Shown piece by piece: positions 63,501 through 64,000 of a DNA stretch of 64,000 nucleotides. The translations under genes were made by a program, and so were the position numbers. Source of the stretch: Candidatus Oxydemutatoraceae bacterium (GTDB lineage Bacteria; Pseudomonadota; Gammaproteobacteria; Poriferisulfidales; Oxydemutatoraceae); assembly GCA_965219575.1 (NCBI GenBank), contig OZ244779.1, positions 1,132,769 to 1,196,768 of the forward strand. The letters are read 5' to 3'. The notes below the pieces were generated by a model. It was not told the DNA's origin. It made no database searches and worked only from the letters and a program-made list of their open reading frames with translations. Each line of letters begins with the position of its first letter. The first letter of the stretch is position 1.

Positions 63501-64000
63501 TCAGTCCCGAAGTGGAATCGTATGAATTGAGGGTGAACGAGGGGACTACCGAATTTGATATCATGCCGACCGCCTATTATCAAACCGACACCGTTTCGTT
63601 GATAACCGGTAGTGATGAAAATATCGTTGCCGATAACACCCGTAGCCGACGGCTCGATATAGCCGATATAGACGACTTCAGCCTAGCGGTGCGCGCCGCC
63701 GCTACGACCCGCACGCGACTCTACACGGTTGTTTTGAGAGCGGCAACCGTACCGGAAGCGGTGAGAATGGGAATACAAATCTCGGCATTGGACGGCTTGA
63801 ACTTGTCCCCCGATTTTTCGCAAGATATAACCGACTACGGCGTGACCGCCTATTCCGACACATCGCGCATGCGTCTGCTCGTGTCGGCAATGGACCCGGT
63901 GGATGGTTTTATACCGGATGTTGAAGTCACCGGTGCCGGCGGGATGGATGCCGCCTTGAATTCCCCTGTTGACTCTGAATCAAAATTCTTCAGCGTGCCG
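39566..64000 (+). CDS. Giant secreted Calx-beta/GLUG-repeat/cadherin-like protein 2 (at least 8,145 aa, 3'-partial)
   Basis: ATG 39566, signal peptide MYSFNKFIYIILFSFALFAGEGYAQ. Same frame confirmed at 43613, 63230 and the window end. The ORF track lists no terminated ORF in this frame, implying no stop. Calx-beta-like N-terminal domains, then 13 W(D/Y/N/H)FG-capped GLUG modules. Confidence 0.9.
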   Translation, partial: MYSFNKFIYIILFSFALFAGEGYAQTSTPTITVSVSYDGPASIYESTVERQSRIGNQINYTLGDNRIRFILSLSRALTGGEALDVGLNIVGEDGFDINDLVTPSLTLAPGRFGVSLADTDTLNPDVRFRVGSPTTAGLVLRIRDDNILEEDINLSVVIGATSATNTLRVIRDNTADRFSVRLLDDEYTFCFDRSSDIFDENIGTAELGLRVAGPDGVQRRLPRDSSINFRYRNITETVYNNFDSVPSRRVDYQAIHSRSDYLNLPIGTTEYTLGIPITNDTRAEPDERFGITAVDLCDDEAIVTIRDDDRIAADIDADRDSIAEGDDVTFTILLRSRTSSELATPTALPNAIQITVSDYPGSDFIPQAFESTRHTVALNTMPGQTTVTASFTVRTVDNNQDDRVHRILAEISAPPDYDSIIRGVATVSVLDDEPRVSITASAEGIYKGEDAVFTVELDTLTENNTTVGLRIVESGDEDFIDSQYEDMIQTVIVPAGSTRAEYTIPTAPIDDGNSSAVGGVTASIVVPSNETYVLGEPNSATIAIVDVECGYIIDVDADDDGLIEICDLDGLNEIRYSLDGSGHKASPDAPLNDRGCDEDGDNDGVCRGYELTRDLDFNDADSYRSGRVNRNWIESVGWPPIGTILERFSGQFEANGRNIANLYINRPTINNIGLFRETAPSATIRLLRLSNVNITGRSGVGALVGINEGIVGAVDIINGRVIGRGDNIGGVVGISEGAVVGVNILLDAVSGGRVERRCRDNLEATNCADAEKVATVLENGINVGGLIGDNNGNVANNFVSIDVLGASRVGGLIGFSSAGVQGGNVVIGNVRGNEYTGGLIGYSIHSVVDSSSNADVVVNGSYAGGLIGYACRLRSGTRRCLLPGEVLDSAGSALQITGSSSRGDVEGGDYSGGLIGFSSIAITGGSSRGNVTGGDYSGGLVGYSSDDIVDSVVEDGRVSARDYVGGLVGFHSGRQIINGKATGITLTGGSNLGGLVGMSEVTTAVSVITDAVAEGSIVGDTVIGGLVGHASALRVTDSTADVPVTAMDSDAENVGGLIGRVESGSITGSRASGDVRGSFHIGGLVGNAGQSRIGDSYATGDVNGTAHNVGGLVGSINGTRIEDSYATGDVRGSYHIGGLVGIGEQLDIGRSYAIGNVNGSAYNIGGLAGYLNRGNITFVYATGSVIGDNGAGPGVNNSVDNVGGLVGRADGISLVNGYAINATVSGVDRVGGLIGIKSGGSVRIAYARSSVLGINRVGGLIGDNNGRVATTYAAGRVSASGSDVGGLIGHNQASRVRVFTDGEVEDSYWDITESDTASSDAGIGFSDLKVATEPSRLPDGIFFRWRNEDWDFGTAEQYPWLRDASGEVSLRQSGLTDITFNNTALTPPFDPGVSEYYVLLNQNLQQATLNIRLNSGDAVVGIVKAGDTAPPTQVRGGGDIPITLNTDLEPTVFIVAQRYRVQIVSELRVNIATDRQDRTVEEGQPLRLTVEDNIVNALPLTYTWRQTAPSNRLLVAALETGITVDQPEFVITVPPAIVPALENELAITLEVTASGEIAGSPQNSTVQLRILKVDNGVGNLTAPSYVAETSALEVPNFMQAIAADPDGEADDADQNIRYQWQYDRDGSWQDIAGARNARYDTAERNVPPLTRYRLQARYIDEQGYDNTVISQASEQIVDGDRDGLIDIYHLEGLNFVRYRLDGSAYTTGPGDAGLTGGCPGNGCFGYELNRDLDFNDSNSYASGVVNSDWTDLNFDDLSDTGWQPIGEEDLDFCDPSPNSCFTGIFDGNGYTLSNLQINRKGITNNANIALFAGVSGDNAVIRDIGLVNARIESFSPSIGSFLLKVAGLASINEARIINSYIQGRIVVERAVVGGISSWSRGEIINSYADLDIRAEQNLVFLNYVGGLVGRNDGGTIINSYAIGRIGGGHINTAGGLAGANASGRIINSYASVDFDSQTQDNAFYTVGGLVGRLIEGTDGEGALIHNSYASGAIISRINVPRDSLDSVDIGGLVGRVGRGGHTISNSYAAGLVAPQITITQAGADVSDYLEIGGLVGEISDNASLATIASYWDSDAVGQSDSAAGIAQLRVQMQQGRAQSSDLDTVYFEWRDADWDFGSVNQYPILKYTAHPDADRDPICDAPGMPRCGALIAPLFRNGLENLRIVGTELFPPFASGSTDYTGTVDLSRDSPVVSLVATAFDADARIDIYEADGETLLVSDLASGEPSSLFPLTTQSRRFVIEVKGVETVRQSITLNRRLYSIIDSLEDLNAIRNSSDNYRLVRDLDFNDANSYASGEVNPDWTMVDFNASVGTGWQPIASFSGTLDGNGYTISNLQINRDNSDNVGLFSTLGGENVVVRNLGLIDVEIEGGNLVGALAGYNNTGATIENCFVIGSGDGESTVRGTDIVGGMVGRHDEKFAKIISSYADVSVKGQSEVGGLVGLVAAAGIVINSYATGSVSGNDRVGGLVGALNQAFGGGLFELTMIINSHATGDVTGQRFIGGLVGFSNDRIINSYATGKVTSTYAGNMTVSIGGLVGENQTGGTIINSYATGDVAVTDDDVSARDSILLGSLVGDPGNGTVRNSYATGNIPQVIRQRVINSGRNNYDGFIGDNNSGPIVTASYWNSNLDENVGSQRSRRTTRDLQTPIGPDVTAPLFVYTGWSTDDWDFGSNTQYPILKYTQSPAVGDTGGSCGDDGLPACGTLISPELRYGLSEIEPLDGELLSPPFNGSRRYYYGTVTLDPDGKIRLIVRSSAITAGNIAIFAGREETPVGSEFSVGDVSDEITLVAGINRIVVEVSLLDSATPPFRYQLYLVSEGATDAVASQTPINYLEDLDAIRNRATMRDGKRDNYILNRNLDFEDPDSYRSGEINRSWVVRDFGNTTDTGWAPILIGPRNPQPDLFTFDGNGYTISNLQVNRDNDVNIALFSVIFPNDTGFHVIRNLGLLNVTVEGSLNVGGIAGNTGKTRIYNSYVTGSVTGDDQVGGLVGLNAGTIGNSYVKGTIIGRDGGTFNHYIGGLVGAHSNFLIFNSYADVSLISTHQRGSGGNGIRQIGGLVGRNIRGDIHNSYSAGSVESRGRLGGDVGGLVGYGFDTENLYNYTRAEVKATANNINVGGLIGRLQGTSVDTANYWRIADTSPSVTASAAGTSLTTSQLQRPTAPGAMEGDVYHQWSTDNWYFGTKTEYPILKHAPGPDDDGDGRGDACGTEFTPDCDALLLPEPRYGFIELSLGGDDFLDPPLDPENRYYNGTVVDADGNNVIRLVQTTKNPDSTVRVYIGDSETPLGAALRSGQESEAIPLVLGRNLIDVEIDPNLPGIAPFRYTLDLLFDRPTIEINYLEDLAAINDAPNFNYRLAGNLDFEDNTSYRDLSNRNRWITNFSNTGGWLPIRNFNGTFDGNGYTISNLQIVGPRSGSPVNIGLFATIAAGGIVRNLGLLNLRIDTYVGGPVANGGGIAAINRGTVINSYAVGTIEGGNSGILVGRSERGSHIINSYAVGTLYESGQLMNFNGGLVGSCLGATIVNSRAHVEIGNRVIDRAARNVGGLVGSSRNCNIHNSFAVGRSDKVNVSDISFGGLIGIVERGGTVQNNYAYFDIAENLNAGGLLGDVFNSDIDISIFNNYAIGTAASGFLRRYTESEPVELRSGANYWDIDTSRTVLTDSNVNAIGQTTEALQLPTSADGIYGQWDEENWDFGTSEQYPILKYAAHPDPDADVQTCRRADDDSTRLPVCGDLIVPQLRYGLKNLDIADGTLTPAFTEENGEHYGSYLGTAFADPDAIRLIPTAFDDRAEIRIYQVDGKGERQLGGAFASGGISEPITLNQRSISRYASAINYLIVEIDPEDPAAPTVRYPVYLMAATPIRYLEDLHALDQPGNEFRNSVLVRDLDFEDPDSYRSGEVNRVWTVVDFSQPSMGWRPIRRNLRGIFDGNGHTLSNLRSSGFTSQAGLWNVVNPSGIVRNLGLLDVKIANNNFSISTAGALAQQNAGTIIGSYAVVDISTSRNQTPTIGGLVGDNRGRIFNSYAVGSITVVDAPERRPMIENVSTIGGLVGFSSNNASGILNAPEKRALIVNSYADVSLSTTDLRAGGLVGLCDACDIRNSFARGAVVGRGPRVASIGGFVGRLQGGFSLSNNYANGSVGRTNVARGVGDGGFFGSLRPAGSLNANYSVGMTDHGFGGGRESETALGDVPNYWNTDTATTSGTNVSINASGKTTEMLRMPTTASGIYRQWSEDNWDFGTDTEYPVLKHTLFSSRDYGRSQSCRNTVDDLRPLPVCGSLIGPTSRSILKNLTLADGRELLPAFTNNGSYSGEVVEDSDIIRLIPTAFDGQAEIRIYVIDGNGERQVGATFGSGGTSAPITLDASVINRLIVEIISTDPTVPTIRYPLYLSYRVGPTKIDSLEALDAIRNRPDGDYILTRNLDFNDDDSYEDLINKDVWTVSDYQSPVDLGWLPIGAITDFTGTFNGAGHTISNLQINNSDGRIDKGLFGTIGASAVVRNIGLLDVNIVDNSDANTAALVGTNNGRVVSAYAQGTIVGGSRSGGLVGWSGGEIVNSHTVVSVHGQGEEIGGLVGYNEGNIGNSSAAGDVAGTTNIGGLVGHHRNGAIYHSYVNSRVSGDNGVGGLLGFASAGNISDVYTTGRIDAQRNAGGLIGSTTATVSQRSYSIAEISAMLRDDSSFGSLVGRFEGGAELRDSYFNSDRASFPIVGQRADDTQITNASALTTVDLQLEPENTSTFNRLYGAWRQDWDFGTSVQYPILVVSPNPDRNGAITCGTFDTPLCRTSLRGNPALSALRFLSGQQSPDVDLRYRDHIGTIVNNVAETQLLAVATDPDAQITFYLNDRQHGERTVSGTAGASSAAMTLGEDGLNRIAVEVITPAVENDPGGVDRYNVSVRFRQIDSDRNGNPFIEIATLEDLDAIRDNTSRSYILTADLDFNDDNSYGDLRNRADNKAAWTVDNFAASDDEGWQPIDNFSGEFDGNGYTIFNLQINRDTEDDQGLFAVIADEGVVRNISLFGAMIEARNNVGVLAGRNNGTVVAVDAYARIDANNTVGGLIGNSRGWVIGSNAVIVISAVGSVGGLVGSSGATIINSYASGAVVAAGNRSGGLVGENSMPAGRIINSYAETEVTGNSEVGGLVGHSTATSVITDSYAAGSVRAVAEVDSEGPYAGGLVGRLRGESAVINSYAIAAIEPGTRQNFVGGLIGNNGNRNDAITASYWDRDTTGQNGSAGGAGSTTMILQSATSHTNGGQQNRPYYLWSERNWYFGTAEQYPTLKYAPNPDREGPSTCGSAGLPECGSPLTPQLRNSLEDLKLASTSRLVPPFDASSGRHRNSYFGSATANPIRLIPTASQDDAVINIYAADGSTLLESALASGGTSGVIFLSDDINRIVLEIVAATTATVRYPVYIRRIDDVDGDGFIDIENLEELRAITEINNRSRNYELLRSLDFNDPDSYGSGVVNREWTVEDFNDRGDFGWQPASFAGEFNGNGYTISGLQINRVASDNVGLFSRLDTSGMIRNLGLLNLRIKAGSDTGGLIGENSGTVINCFVIGEIEGNTRVGGLIGVSRIRASMRGGVINSYAEAMVSGVSNVGGLVGENPGNKIYNSYAGGRVVGGRVIGGLVGSMIPPFSGDEVNDADAVVNSYATGNVTSTHTGNQTVDIGGLIGAIFRGNNLLYDNTYTTGQVDGNDSAGGLIGTINLGSASLRNSYAAGRVDGNSNVGGLVGRTNGTIARIQNSYVNSDENPGISLGSGSFLNSSTQTSARLRQGTAQSITRTDVYYRWSTDDWDFGNALQYPILKYAPTTGTGFAQACGNGSDDLPECGTPISPQIHDGLQDLSVADGAELDPPFGDMHRDLSGSYFGDLSHDASTLRIIPTAKVRNTTINIYVGDVGGKQTPDQQIASGTTSTPITLVNGINRIVLEIVAPGRATVRYPVYLRFDTQDRNRDGIIEIANLNELYNIRHNLSGNYRLVRNLDFDDPNSYAPGRYPPGEINREWTVLNFSNPADRGWQPIGTRVRPFRGEFDADGFTIANLRINDTVGADSGLFGSIGGSGVVRNLGLLDVRIQGRSDVGGLSVVNRGRIIGTYVIGELSGGYRRNIGGLVGENAGGEIVNSYAQVTLTAHRSEANNIGGLVGVVSSGGAIVNSHAGGILEHRGLNSGGLLGSTGLGFNPAPINIVNSYAEVRVAGVRHVGGLVGNLAVDGDAVRNSYARGEVSEFAATDNANQYVGGLVGLVNKGSITDSYAANNIIESSAVQRENIQIGSLIGAFLDSGITVSASYADFNRSRYNFIGTTPTLNSFNRTTEQLQNPIRRGESPDDTYHQWSETDWNFGDRNSYPILKYAAATNVLRRRNAACRNRTMDEATRLPICGELISPSFENGLVSLALQDGRGLRGLSLNPPFGDANLNLFGYYSGAVRFSLNSTRTDIRLIPGAKDPSSTIDIYVNGVYKEQIFSNIPSDPIELTEGITFIVLEIRASGSEPVRYPVYLSYDPRDRNGNGFTEINNLEELYDIRADIDTLSDDYELTRDLDFNDPNSYASGIVNRDWTVERFDSPTDFGWEAIGGIVNDDCDDFNSRCFGGTFNGNGYTISNLSINGDADYQGLFVGIAGTGNVRALGLANLKIEAGDTVGGLAGRNEGTVIDSFAIGELSANDTVGGLVGINKGTVMDSYAIGELSANDSAGGLVGISEGTIIGSYAITELSANNDVGGLVGESIGKILNSYAGGVITGNTGVGGLVGTATDMSGSGMIVNSHAGGIIHAFGNYAAGIVGRIGSGPGNEDFRIINSYANSLISSDGQYVGGLVSDSASGKFTISNSYAGGRVTESAFGNVTSIGGLAAVTKSDDTITDSYAVTEIYPQSAAVSKGSLVGDHSGRLASVYSDAARNPYIGITGRGGGQIEASSMRTTTEMQSAMGPSTTQTGVYYNWDADAWDFGRRNEYPIPRYVSGPDADACGTDDTPSCGTPISPQTRYRTRGLGLRALNVKEGALYPRFDIDQQNRVGVYIGAVVADDAVTELIATTMEANATYSVYLGPREIPLLSDARSGTTTTEITLNEREATRIVIQVEGTETEGTETVRYILYLKHLNNALAVDTDHDGLIEIDSLEDLNAIRFVADGSGYRANARTVSNSAGCPNGLCRGYELTGNLDFNNPDDYENIDNRARWHDDGSWPPIGDSVRFFTGTLNGNGFAISNLKVRANGGLFGVIGSDREAEATDVRNFIRGLGLLNVDVQGDVVGGIARYCNRCSIDNTYVVARIEGTESAAGFVNEYSISATSSPDISIHNSYFIGRVNARHIAGGFIGAGDFHPQISDSYVIGKVIAGSSVAQVGSFAATGLDNFNIARSFAAASATRAGVPQGLSGGGIGNGSIRATYIDGDIAGLQTAELADVQSTEALQMPTGATGIYSRWRTENWDFGTREQYPAIKYSQCDETTSAFCGNVLPYQGGLLKSLKLPENIGINPPFDFATFNYEIAVPLGQKILQFIPEAFATSATIAVSVDGVMLAEVPSGRIVPRITVDTRGETIVDVVVKESADRTSYRYRFTVFNLDVRIYTTAIDADDDGLIDVGTPEQLNAMRYSLDGSFYRERADGARVYCRSGCRGYELNADIDLTGVDWQPIGSSDAGFNTRFNGNGYTLSNLTWNGPVSDDIGLFHTLGENARIEDIRLIDPQIRITQVDSPDRLIGTLAATNFGIIFNSRVENATIDIQRPSTDTGVGGLVADNRGVIVNSGVAGGSMITASGFGSLAGLVHLNSNGVIRGSFATISISGNNNQFSVAGLVNTNNNQSIISDSYAQGNVTFVADGSRAGLVERNNADILNSYSTVNIRGLGGGLVASPLSSSNILNSYWDADTSGQTTGSAGSSRTTVELQSGVAQNNSTDTVYYQWNPERWHFGNSDQYPTALYQDGNLDLCRKPTEIQLQRCAGLVSGGLSEADRAIVCRDRLPRNRVDPPYCGALVPSQDRVGLIGLEFSAGVELVPEFSPEVESYELRVNEGTTEFDIMPTAYYQTDTVSLITGSDENIVADNTRSRRLDIADIDDFSLAVRAAATTRTRLYTVVLRAATVPEAVRMGIQISALDGLNLSPDFSQDITDYGVTAYSDTSRMRLLVSAMDPVDGFIPDVEVTGAGGMDAALNSPVDSESKFFSVP

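Noticed and set aside
39742-63890. Dozens of short ORFs in the ORF track
   Set aside because: They are antisense or off-frame shadows of the single giant frame +2 ORF.

Overview
Bacterial chromosomal window, most likely from a gammaproteobacterium (judged from gene order and sequence style; a host-associated lifestyle is inference only). The first ~29 kb is housekeeping: mucD/degP, rseC, orn, hemA-prfA-prmC, tusA-ilvH-ilvC-pssA, moaB/moaE/moeA, surE-pcm-yqaA-nlpD-alaC-hom-thrC, ilvE-hldE-slt. Most long intergenic gaps hold a modular kit of short palindromic repeats and MITEs that nest inside one another. Also present are IS3/IS256 scraps, an Rpn nuclease, and three small membrane-anchored coiled-coil genes (one at 38.6 kb). 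The last ~35 kb is two giant, Sec-signal-bearing proteins built from GLUG beta-helix plus cadherin-like modules. The first (~2,980 aa) is frameshifted just after its signal peptide and its five modules are near-identical mosaics. The second is an apparently uninterrupted ORF of at least 8,145 codons (39566 to the window end, absent from the ORF track) with 13 diverged modules. All calls are by eye from motifs; no database search was run.
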